A DNA stretch of 18,625 nt. Source: Promethearchaeia archaeon. GTDB lineage: Archaea; Asgardarchaeota; Lokiarchaeia; Sigyniarchaeales; SOKP01. Shown in pieces: positions 9,904 to 18,283 of the stretch. The stretch lies in the NCBI GenBank assembly GCA_046497275.1, contig JAWOFX010000059.1, positions 1-18,625 of the forward strand, given 5' to 3'. Position numbers and translations under genes: made by a program. Under the pieces are notes generated by a model, which made no database searches, was not told where the DNA came from, and saw only the letters and a list, made by a program, of their open reading frames with translations. Each line of letters opens with the position of its first letter. Position 1 is the first letter of the stretch.

Positions 9904-11199
9904 TTATACTGACATTTTGAATAGTGTTCTTAATGATAGAGACATAACGTATTGCTGTATTTCAGTACTACCGCCAATAATTTCCTGTATTCTTGAAATA
10001 TTTATGTAGTCATGCATGGGTGTGTTATCACATAATCCTGCTCCACCCATTAAATTCCCTGCCTCATAACAAACTTGCTCAGAAAGTTTGGTGGCATGAT
10101 ATTTAAGTTGACTGCCTGAAGCAACCATTGCTTGCTGAATATTTCTTGGGATATTCTGATCACCACCAAATTTTTCAACTTTCTCATCATAAGATTCGGT
10201 AAATTTAAGCATACCTAATGTTAAATTTGTAGTTTTTGCCCATAAATCAGTTAGATGAAATCCTACACCTTGAAACTTCAGTATCTCTTGATTAAATTGT
10301 TCTCTTAGATTAGCATATATAGTAGCTATAGATAATGCTCCCCAGCATTGAGAAATGGCACCCATAGCAATACCTACTCTTTCCATAACTAAACCTTCAA
10401 ATAGATGTGTTTTTCCTTTACCAATTCCTGCTAAGATATATTCTTTTGGAACTCTTACGTTATTTAATTCTTCTTTCCCTAAATAGAGCTTTGGGACCCA
10501 AGGTATTCCAACACGCTTTACATTAAAACCATCCCAATTAGTATTTATTAAGAATTGTCCCATTTTATTACTATTGTTTTTCTCTGTGGTAGCATATCCA
10601 ACCACCCATTTGGATTTTGGTGCGTTGGTATTAAAGATCTTTGTTCCGTTAAGTAGAAAGCTACCATCATCTTGTTCTTCACATTCTACTAACATATGAG
10701 TAGCATCTGAACCGCGCTCTGGTTCTGTAATAAGAATAGCCCCAGGAGTTTTTCCAGTAATCATTTCCTTCAATGCTTCTAATCTAACAGGCACATTTTC
10801 GTGATGCCAATGAATAGGATTAGTTGCTAATATCGTGGCTCCAGCACCCATAGCGAATTGAGTATCAAAATTATCTATTGCTAAATATCTAAGAAAATCA
10901 GCAACAGCACCATGAGGTTCATAATTTTGGTCAATTTCATCATATGGATACATTCTTGAGATATATCCTTTCTCTCCAAAAGTAGGAATCCAATCATAAA
11001 TGTCCTCTTCAGGGCCGTGAGTTATCTCATTCTTCTTTTCAAATCGCATGCAGAATCTTTGAACTTCTTTGAGAAAATTGAATTCATCAGGACTTAATAT
11101 CGCCATTAAATTATTATTAACGAAGTTGTAACGATTTTTTAAGCTCAATGCGTCTAAGATTTCGTCATTAATTACTTGAGTTTCAAATCTTTTTGCCAA
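9904..11199 (-). CDS. Acyl-CoA dehydrogenase family protein (paralog 3 of 3)
   Basis: 431 aa; ILITEPERGSDATHML, VMERVGIAMGAISQCWGAL, EIIGGSTEIQQYVMSLSLRTL. Confidence 0.92.
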   Translation of the reverse strand: MAKRFETQVINDEILDALSLKNRYNFVNNNLMAILSPDEFNFLKEVQRFCMRFEKKNEITHGPEEDIYDWIPTFGEKGYISRMYPYDEIDQNYEPHGAVADFLRYLAIDNFDTQFAMGAGATILATNPIHWHHENVPVRLEALKEMITGKTPGAILITEPERGSDATHMLVECEEQDDGSFLLNGTKIFNTNAPKSKWVVGYATTEKNNSNKMGQFLINTNWDGFNVKRVGIPWVPKLYLGKEELNNVRVPKEYILAGIGKGKTHLFEGLVMERVGIAMGAISQCWGALSIATIYANLREQFNQEILKFQGVGFHLTDLWAKTTNLTLGMLKFTESYDEKVEKFGGDQNIPRNIQQAMVASGSQLKYHATKLSEQVCYEAGNLMGGAGLCDNTPMHDYINISRIQEIIGGSTEIQQYVMSLSLRTLFKMSV

Positions 11200-11311
11200 T
11201 TTTTTTCACTTTATTTTTGTTATTTTTTAAAAATTAGTATACTAAAAAAAATGTGATTTCATTTAATAATTTTTTTTTTAAAATAGATAATTGCGTGTTG
11301 ATATTTAAAAA

Positions 11312-12064
11312 TTAAATGATTAAATTTCGCAACCTTTGTGAAAATTTTTTAGTAGTAATTAAACTAGTTTCGAATGGACAATTTTTCTTAAAAAGGATAA
11401 CAGATATAAAATGCTCATCAATTCCTTTTAGGGATAATATCCCAAAATCTTCTAATGAGATTAATTCGGTAATTTTGTAATTACCCGTCATAAATCTTCC
11501 TTCAAGAAGGCGTATAATTTCAGACAAAACATTAGGATCTAAATAAGAGACAATAACTCTTCCCGTTTGGGTTAATAAGGCGGAAGAAACAACATACACA
11601 GAAAACGTTTGTAATTCATTGAAAATTTTTATAATATCTTCCTTTACATCATCAGAGACTAATTGTTTATTATTTTCTAAAATATTTTCAATATTTGCAT
11701 CAAAATCATTAAATTTGGAAATCTCTCCATCAAAATTATGAGTTAACGAATCTTCATCAAACTTCTCTAGGAACTGAGCTTTAACTTCACGTAATTGATT
11801 ACGAAGTTCCACTAAATTATCTGTCCGATCCGCAAAAAGAGCAAATAAAAGTTCATCTCTTCCCATTCGCTCTATTTCAAATATGAATCTAAATGGGCCC
11901 ACCTCAATTTCTGAAAGCTTCTCAGTTTTTAGGGTTTGCTTAACAAAAGAAAAAATAGCGCTTAAAAAGCTACTGGTTAATTTTACATCGAAAATATCTT
12001 CATAGGTTTTATAAAAGATTAGCTCACCCGTGTTGCCTTTTTGTATGAATACGTTTTTAATCAT
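11312..12064 (-). CDS. Longin-like N-terminal plus roadblock/LC7-like C-terminal protein, possible small-GTPase regulator
   Basis: 250 aa; N-terminus GNTGELIFYKTYEDIFDVKLTSSFLSAIFSFVKQTL...FRFIFEIER resembles longin strands; C-terminus VSSALLTQTGRVIVSYLD...ISLEDFGILSLKGIDEHFISVILFKK resembles roadblock folds. Confidence 0.55.
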   Translation of the reverse strand: MIKNVFIQKGNTGELIFYKTYEDIFDVKLTSSFLSAIFSFVKQTLKTEKLSEIEVGPFRFIFEIERMGRDELLFALFADRTDNLVELRNQLREVKAQFLEKFDEDSLTHNFDGEISKFNDFDANIENILENNKQLVSDDVKEDIIKIFNELQTFSVYVVSSALLTQTGRVIVSYLDPNVLSEIIRLLEGRFMTGNYKITELISLEDFGILSLKGIDEHFISVILFKKNCPFETSLITTKKFSQRLRNLII

Positions 12065-12103
12065 AGCACTAAAGTATTTTTGATTTTAAATAACTATAAG
12101 CCT

Positions 12104-12113
12104 TATATAAATA
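12104..12113 (-). promoter_or_regulatory. Candidate archaeal TATA box upstream of the longin/roadblock-like gene
   Basis: minus strand ATTTATATAA about 40 nt upstream of the start codon at 12064. Confidence 0.4.
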
Positions 12114-12280
12114 AAAAAACAATTTAATAATAAAAAGATTTACAAGAGGTAAATTCTTTGGACAATATCGAGTATTCTCTAAAGAAAACAGAAATAAGGA
12201 TATTTTTTTTTAAGCATTTCAATTCTTTTATTAATGATAAAATAGAAGAAAGTTTGGAATAATAAAATAATTTCACTCTT

Positions 12281-13063
12281 TTAAAACCCATCAAACTTCG
12301 CCCATTCGTCCTCTTCCTCTTCGTATTCCTCTTCAAAGTCTTCATCCTCACCCCGTTCATATTCACCGCCCTCATCAGCTTCTACCTCTCCCTCATACTC
12401 ATACTCATCCTCTTCGAAGCTTAATGCTTTTTCTATCTCGGAAATTGCTTCCTCTTCTGGACCAGCAACTCTAACTTGAGGTACAGGCTCTTCTGCTTCT
12501 ATTTCCTCTTTCTTCTTTTCTACTAATTTCAAGTAATCTCCATGGATTTTGATTGTAATGGGAGTTTCCTCTTGAAGCAAACGAACTACTACCTCTTCAC
12601 TACTTGAGGTGTCGTGCGGCATTCTCATTACCTTAGCTCTCGCGCCTTCGAACACACCACTAATAATTTCCACCGTGTCTCCTTCTTCAAGAAATTCTGT
12701 AACTGAACGAGGCAATAATACATGTTTTATCTCTTCTAAAACAATATTTTGAACAATTCTTCCTTTTATATGTGGTATTCCTTGCACAGCGATCTGAACA
12801 TCCCGTTTTTGGGGGGCTTCAAAAAAGATATACCCTGGAAGCAATGGTGAGACTAACATAGCTTTAATATCTGGAATAATGTCTAAGATTCTAAATCTAT
12901 AAAATATTTGCTTTAGGATATTACTTTCTTGGTTTATAGTTGTTCTAACCGCAAATAAAGTTGTTAAATCTTCACCCTCTTCTGATTGAGCGCTACTTAT
13001 TACTTTATCCGCATCAATCTCTTCTACTTCTGGATCTGTATATTTCTCTTCTTGTTCTGACAT
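12281..13063 (-). CDS. spt5: Transcription elongation factor Spt5 (NGN + KOW) with long acidic C-terminal tail
   Basis: 260 aa; NGN-like LFAVRTTINQESNILKQIFYRF...LLPGYIFFEAPQKRDVQIAVQGIPHIKG; KOW-like EEGDTVEIISGVFEGARAKVMRM; Glu/Asp/Tyr-rich tail. Confidence 0.9.
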   Translation of the reverse strand: MSEQEEKYTDPEVEEIDADKVISSAQSEEGEDLTTLFAVRTTINQESNILKQIFYRFRILDIIPDIKAMLVSPLLPGYIFFEAPQKRDVQIAVQGIPHIKGRIVQNIVLEEIKHVLLPRSVTEFLEEGDTVEIISGVFEGARAKVMRMPHDTSSSEEVVVRLLQEETPITIKIHGDYLKLVEKKKEEIEAEEPVPQVRVAGPEEEAISEIEKALSFEEDEYEYEGEVEADEGGEYERGEDEDFEEEYEEEEDEWAKFDGF

Positions 13064-13276
13064 ATAATTTTTCTCATCTACCTAATTTGAATTGTTCTAA
13101 ATTTTAATATTCATTATTTAAATTAGAAAAACAGATATAAAAAAATAAGTATTTATAAAATTAAAATTTTTGCATTTCTCAAAATTAGCAATTCAATTAG
13201 AAGATAGCATAAAAATTTAGTTAATCTACTGACGAACAGAAATAAGATTTAAAAATAAGAGGTAAAAAGGAATAAA

Positions 13277-13621
13277 TTAAACAGGAATATTATTTATATC
13301 CAAAATCTCTGGTATTTTTCCGTGTCTTTGCAACCATGATATTTCGTTTTTCCTATAACGCCATGTTATTTCACATTTACCTAATTGATCTTTAGTCTCA
13401 GTCTCCCAATCCCACGGATTCACAACTACAAGGTCTCCTTTGCGAATCCAGACCCTTTTCTTGATTTTTCCACGAATTCGACCGATTCTATGTTTTCCAT
13501 CCTCACAAAAAACACGCATTCGATCATTCCCATATATATCAATCACTCGTGCAAACATCTCACCTGCTCGTCTATTAGGTGCTTTTACTCTTCCTACGCC
13601 TTCTTCAGAATCTCTACTCAT
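13277..13621 (-). CDS. eif1a: Translation initiation factor aIF1A (eIF1A family)
   Basis: 114 aa; FARVIDIYGNDRMRVFCEDGKHRIGRIRGKIKKRVWIRKGDLVVVNPWDWE, a typical OB-fold eIF1A core. Confidence 0.95.
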   Translation of the reverse strand: MSRDSEEGVGRVKAPNRRAGEMFARVIDIYGNDRMRVFCEDGKHRIGRIRGKIKKRVWIRKGDLVVVNPWDWETETKDQLGKCEITWRYRKNEISWLQRHGKIPEILDINNIPV

Positions 13622-13669
13622 ATTTAATTACCTTTAAATGATTATATTTAACATAATGAATAATTTAGA

Positions 13670-14029
13670 TTAAATTTTATCATCGGGTTTATAATCTCCT
13701 TTTATAAATACCACCTTAATTGGTTCCGATGACTCGTTTCGTATATTATGCATCTCTTTTGGTTCAATCAGAAAAACACTCCCTTCAGGGGCATTATATT
13801 CATTATCATCGACCATCATTATTCCATTTCCTTCCATAAAATAGAAAGTCTCATCTATATAATTATGTCCGTGGGCTTGTTCAGCCATTTTATCACCCGG
13901 CATAATTTTAATGACCCCCCAATCAATACTGGGTCCTCGCATTAAATATTTTACGCCAGAATCACCATCGCGATATTCAAACTCATTTTCATTTACTTTT
14001 TTCATATAAATAACACTCAAACTTTCCAA
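13670..14029 (-). CDS. Cupin-domain protein
   Basis: 119 aa; IKIMPGDKMAEQAHGHNYIDETFYFMEGNGIMMVDDNEYNAPEGSVFLIEPKEMHNIRN. Confidence 0.88.
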   Translation of the reverse strand: MESLSVIYMKKVNENEFEYRDGDSGVKYLMRGPSIDWGVIKIMPGDKMAEQAHGHNYIDETFYFMEGNGIMMVDDNEYNAPEGSVFLIEPKEMHNIRNESSEPIKVVFIKGDYKPDDKI

Positions 14030-14146
14030 TAAGGTCTATAGGATATTATTTTACCTTATTAATAACATTTATCACTATATCCTAGAAATTTTAATAGCTG
14101 CTTGAAAAAGTATTAAAAAAACAGTTAGCGTTCTCAAAAGATATCA

Positions 14147-14671
14147 TTATTTTCCCAAGCTATTTAAAATATTAAGGGTCAAAAGCTCAAAAGACTTTTG
14201 AACATTTTCACCTGTTTTGCTAGAAATTTTCAAATAATCGATAAGCTCGTATTTTTCAAGATATTCCATTGCGTAATCATCACTCACAGAAATTTCACTT
14301 TTCAAATCATTCTTCGTTCCTAAAAACAAAATAGGAAGGTTAGGATTATCCGTTCTACAGATATCGATCCATTGTCCAATTCTATCCAGCGTGAGGGGTC
14401 TTGTTAAATCAAACATGAGTAATGCACCTTTTGCCCCAGAAGTATAAGATTGTAGCAAAAATCGAAAGCGTTCTTGGCCTCCAAAATCCCATAGTTGAAG
14501 CATTATATTTCTATTATGAATTCTTAACTCTTTTAGAAAAAATTCAACCCCTATCGTCATTTTAGTATTCGCTTCAAATTTACCTTCAACATAACGATGA
14601 AGAAGAGTGGTTTTTCCAACTCCACCTTCCCCTGCTGTCAATATCTTCAACACAATGGGTTTATCAGACAT
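14147..14671 (-). CDS. Ras/Rab-like small GTPase (paralog A)
   Basis: 174 aa; G1 GEGGVGKTT, switch I TKMTIGVEFF, G3 LWDFGGQERF, G4 TKND, G5 SSKTG. Confidence 0.92.
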   Translation of the reverse strand: MSDKPIVLKILTAGEGGVGKTTLLHRYVEGKFEANTKMTIGVEFFLKELRIHNRNIMLQLWDFGGQERFRFLLQSYTSGAKGALLMFDLTRPLTLDRIGQWIDICRTDNPNLPILFLGTKNDLKSEISVSDDYAMEYLEKYELIDYLKISSKTGENVQKSFELLTLNILNSLGK

Positions 14672-14839
14672 CTTACTCGCTAAACTAATTTATATGAAAT
14701 TTGTATTTAATTTGAACCGTTATTTCCTAATCCTAAAAGTAATTTTAAAAAATTGATGAACTATGTTTAAGTATATATCTTTAAACTTAGTTATAATTAA
14801 AAAATTTATTTTTCTTCTATATTAATTAAAGCATTAATC

Positions 14840-15322
14840 TTATGCCCTAGTTATAGAGATAAATTGTTTCTTCCTTAAATAAATTATAGAAATTTCGGAT
14901 TGAGTCGCTTTTTTTCTTAATTCATAATCATTGGTTGCTAAAAAAACAGAAGAGATTTCTTTTTTCAATAATTTAGCTTTTTTTAAGAGAAACTGATCTG
15001 TAGTTTCCTTTTCATTTTTTACCTCATCGATAAAGGAAATATGGAATTTATTTTTATTCATCTCCAAATAGCGTTTTCCTGCTTCTAATTGAGTATGAAA
15101 TTTGTTACTTTTTCTTTTTTTTCTAAATCTTTCTTTTTTAGCCTCTAATTCATCACATACTTGTTTGTATATTATAAATTTTGTTTTCCCTTCTAATTTA
15201 AAAACAATATCTTCCAAATAATCTAAATGAAATTGAACGGGAAGTAAAATAAAATTAGAATCCAGTATTACAGCATTGAATTTTAAGGACATTTTATTTT
15301 GATTTAACTCAATAATATCCAA
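14840..15322 (-). CDS. Fcf1/VapC9-like PIN-domain protein
   Basis: 160 aa; AVILDSNFILLPVQF...IYKQVCDELEAKK...ETTDQFLLKKA...SSVFLATNDYELRKKA...IIYLRKKQFI, acidic residues at PIN-like positions. Confidence 0.72.
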   Translation of the reverse strand: MDIIELNQNKMSLKFNAVILDSNFILLPVQFHLDYLEDIVFKLEGKTKFIIYKQVCDELEAKKERFRKKRKSNKFHTQLEAGKRYLEMNKNKFHISFIDEVKNEKETTDQFLLKKAKLLKKEISSVFLATNDYELRKKATQSEISIIYLRKKQFISITRA

Positions 15323-15381
15323 TTAATCTTATAAATAGTAAGGTAAATAACATATATTTAAGAATTGGGAATTCAAGTTTT

Positions 15382-15912
15382 TTATATCTGTTGTTTTTCA
15401 AGGATTCGAGTTGTTAATAATTCAAACGCTGCTTGAACATTTTCTCCTGTCTTGGATGAGATCTTTAAATAGTCAAAGAGGTTTAATTCCTCCATGAAGC
15501 TCTTCGCATACTCATCATCAACCATGATTTCATCTTTAAGGTCAAGCTTAGTACCAAGAAAAAGGATGGGGAGATTTGGATCACCTTTTCGGACAATATT
15601 AACCCATTGTTCTAAGTTTTCTAATGTTTGAATTCTGGTTAAATCAAACATTAATAAAGCGCCTTTTGCCCCTAATACATAACTTTCTAATAAAAATCGG
15701 AATCTCTCTTGACCACCAAAATCCCAGAGCTGAAGAGTGCAGTCTTGACTATTAATTTGAACTTCTTTTAGAAAAAACTCAACCCCGATCGTCATCTTTG
15801 TAGATTGTGAAAACTTTCCCTCTACATAGCGATGAAGGAGCGTAGTTTTTCCAACTCCTCCCTCTCCCGCTGTTAAGAGTTTCAAAATGAATTTTTTGCC
15901 CATTTTCTTCAC
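15382..15912 (-). CDS. Ras/Rab-like small GTPase (paralog B); the start may be the internal MGKKF
   Basis: 176 aa; GEGGVGKTT, TKMTIGVEFF, LWDFGGQERF, TKLD, SSKTG; highly similar to the 14147..14671 protein. Confidence 0.92.
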   Translation of the reverse strand: MKKMGKKFILKLLTAGEGGVGKTTLLHRYVEGKFSQSTKMTIGVEFFLKEVQINSQDCTLQLWDFGGQERFRFLLESYVLGAKGALLMFDLTRIQTLENLEQWVNIVRKGDPNLPILFLGTKLDLKDEIMVDDEYAKSFMEELNLFDYLKISSKTGENVQAAFELLTTRILEKQQI

Positions 15913-16405
15913 ATATTTACTAGATTTTTAGATTCAGTTATTAAGACGATATCTATTTGAATTGTGATTATATCTCAATAATTTCATTCAAGGATGTATG
16001 TTTAATTAATTAAAATTCTGTTTTATTAATTTAGTGATTTCATGATTTTCTGTTCTATAAGATAGAAGATTTAAGATTTATATCCGATTTTATGTAATAT
16101 TAGTGCTTAATTTTAAGTATTAATTTTTTAAAATTATTCTTATATGAATATAATACATTAATCATAGTACAACTAAATAAATCTTTTTAATTGTGAAGTA
16201 TTAACAATTATTCATTGTTTTATCCAATTCTAACATTTTTAAAATTCTAAATATTGAATATAAAATTCTTTAGTAATAAGACAAATTATTGATTTTTAGT
16301 TCATAAAATTTCAATTAAAACAAACTATAAAAAAATTCATTTCTTATACTTAAATGGCAGTAAATATTGATATTAATGAAAAATTATCTGAGGTATTAAT
16401 AAAAT

Positions 16406-16699
16406 ATGGGAAAAATTAAGAAGAAAAAACCTTCTGATGAATTGCTTGATAGATTAAATGTTACATCATGGGGGATTTGGGAGAAGGAGAAAAGTGAATT
16501 TCCTTGGTCTTATAGTGATACTGAAACATGCTATATTCTAGATGGGGAAGTTGAAGTCACCACTGAAGATGGAGAGAAGGTTGAATTTAAGGAAGGTGAC
16601 CTCTTACAATTTCCAGAAGGTTTGAATTGTAAATGGAATATTAAAAAACCTGTGAGAAAGTATTATAATTTTGGTCCTTTAGATATCGAGGAAGAATAA
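16406..16699 (+). CDS. Small cupin protein (DUF861/Cupin_3-like)
   Basis: 97 aa; ETCYILDGEVEVTTEDGEKVEFKEGDLLQFPEGLNCKWNI. Confidence 0.85.
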   Translation: MGKIKKKKPSDELLDRLNVTSWGIWEKEKSEFPWSYSDTETCYILDGEVEVTTEDGEKVEFKEGDLLQFPEGLNCKWNIKKPVRKYYNFGPLDIEEE

Positions 16700-17137
16700 T
16701 TTGCTTTTTTCCTTTATTTATTTTATTTTTCACTTATTTCTTTCTATAAAAATTTTTTAAACCAGGAAAGTAATGTTCTATATAGATTTATTTATCAGAT
16801 TTTTCACATACAAATATATGAAAATTCCTCTGCTCAGAAATCATTAAAAGATGGCAAAATCAATCAGCAAGAGATGGATTTTCCCTTAAAAAAATCAGCA
16901 TTTCTAGAACTATTGATGGTAAAGCTGAATTAATTGTGATTCTTGGGCTGATTTCACTAATTTTAGAAATACTAGGTATAATTTCAAACTAAATAAACTA
17001 AAAGATCAATAACTAATTATTGTAAAAATTGAGAAATTAAAAAAGAAATTATTTAGTTGTAGCTCTTTTTTAAATTTGAATACACTATTAGAGTTTTTGA
17101 ATATCCATAAAATTAAAATCCTTTTTATTTGACTTTC

Positions 17138-17614
17138 TCACAACTTTTTTTCTCTTCTTCTCTTTTTAGTCTCTTGTAATTCTATTAGAAAACCTAAAGT
17201 GTTCTCTGTATCGAAATAAGCGAAATGTTGTTTTCCAATGTTTCCAATAAATACAGGATCCATTTTATTTTTTTTAAATAATTCAATATAATCATCTAAA
17301 CCCTCTACCATACAACTTATATGCTGGAAGCCTTCATTGCCATTGTCTAAAAATTCTTTATGAATTCCTTCCCCAGAAACCCATTCAATAAGTTCAATTT
17401 GTTTACCGAAATATCTACTCATGGCAATTCTTGTCGTATAGGTTGATTTTTCACCACGGTATATAATTTCATTAGTATTCGGCCCAAGTTTTGCAAATTT
17501 TGGCATACCCCATACTTCTTCCATTATTTTAGCCTGTTTATCAATATCTCTATATACATAACCTAATTGGAATATTTTCAAATCTTTTAAATTTAATATT
17601 TCTTGATCTGACAT
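17138..17614 (-). CDS. VOC/glyoxalase-superfamily protein, methylmalonyl-CoA epimerase-like fold
   Basis: 158 aa; FQLGYVYRDIDKQAKIMEEVWGM...QIELIEWV...GFQHISCMVEGLDDYIELFKK...HFAYFDTENTLGFLIELQE. Confidence 0.85.
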   Translation of the reverse strand: MSDQEILNLKDLKIFQLGYVYRDIDKQAKIMEEVWGMPKFAKLGPNTNEIIYRGEKSTYTTRIAMSRYFGKQIELIEWVSGEGIHKEFLDNGNEGFQHISCMVEGLDDYIELFKKNKMDPVFIGNIGKQHFAYFDTENTLGFLIELQETKKRRREKKL

Positions 17615-17660
17615 TTTTTTTCATTTTTAAATTAATTTTTAATTTATAGAAAAAACAAAT

Positions 17661-18185
17661 TTATTCTATATTTTGAGAATTTTGATTTTTTTGATTAATC
17701 CTATTGTGTCTTTTTAAAGTCTCTTCAATAGTTCGTATTTCTGCTCGTGTATTAATATCAACTTTTTTAAATGTCTCAAATAATTCCTTTTCTCCATAAC
17801 CTTTCGTCTGGAGTTCTATAAATTTTTCTATCAAATCACTATGATAGAAAATATATTTATTATTTAAGAGAATTATTAACCAATCTCTTTTTTCTTGATT
17901 TTGAGAGAGATTGAAAAGATTTTTTCTTATTTTGCCCTTTTCTTTTCCAAAGCCTTTTACTATATCACTCTCTTCTATTCGATAATATTTTTTTAAAAAT
18001 CTAAGAAGACGATTTTTGAAAAAAAAGGATGGTATATACGAAGCAATAAATAAAGCGATGGTGATAATACTAAGTATTATTGCTGCGAGAGGATTATAAA
18101 TTGCTAAAATGATAATAATTATAACGAGAATTATGAACCAGCTTCTCCAAATGGTTTTTAAAAAGACAACGTATTTTTTTGGCAT
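17661..18185 (-). CDS. Hypothetical protein with two N-terminal TM helices
   Basis: 174 aa; SWFIILVIIIIILAIYNPLAAIILSIITIALFIASYIPSFFF followed by a charged cytosolic-like region. Confidence 0.7.
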   Translation of the reverse strand: MPKKYVVFLKTIWRSWFIILVIIIIILAIYNPLAAIILSIITIALFIASYIPSFFFKNRLLRFLKKYYRIEESDIVKGFGKEKGKIRKNLFNLSQNQEKRDWLIILLNNKYIFYHSDLIEKFIELQTKGYGEKELFETFKKVDINTRAEIRTIEETLKRHNRINQKNQNSQNIE

Positions 18186-18283
18186 AATTTATTTCGTTTC
18201 TAAATTCATTTAGTATAATTTATGGTATATAAGATGATTTAAAAATTATTTCACAGCAATAATTATGATTTTTTTAAAAGAAA

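Noticed and set aside
12124-12375. Minus-strand 83-aa ORF overlapping the Spt5 3' end
   Set aside because: Out-of-frame reading of the GAA/GAG-rich acidic tail followed by AT-rich spacer; basic low-complexity product.
13385-13637. Plus-strand ORFs over aIF1A
   Set aside because: Antisense shadows of a highly conserved initiation factor gene.
13748-13945. Plus-strand 65-aa ORF
   Set aside because: Antisense to the cupin gene, no domain-like content.
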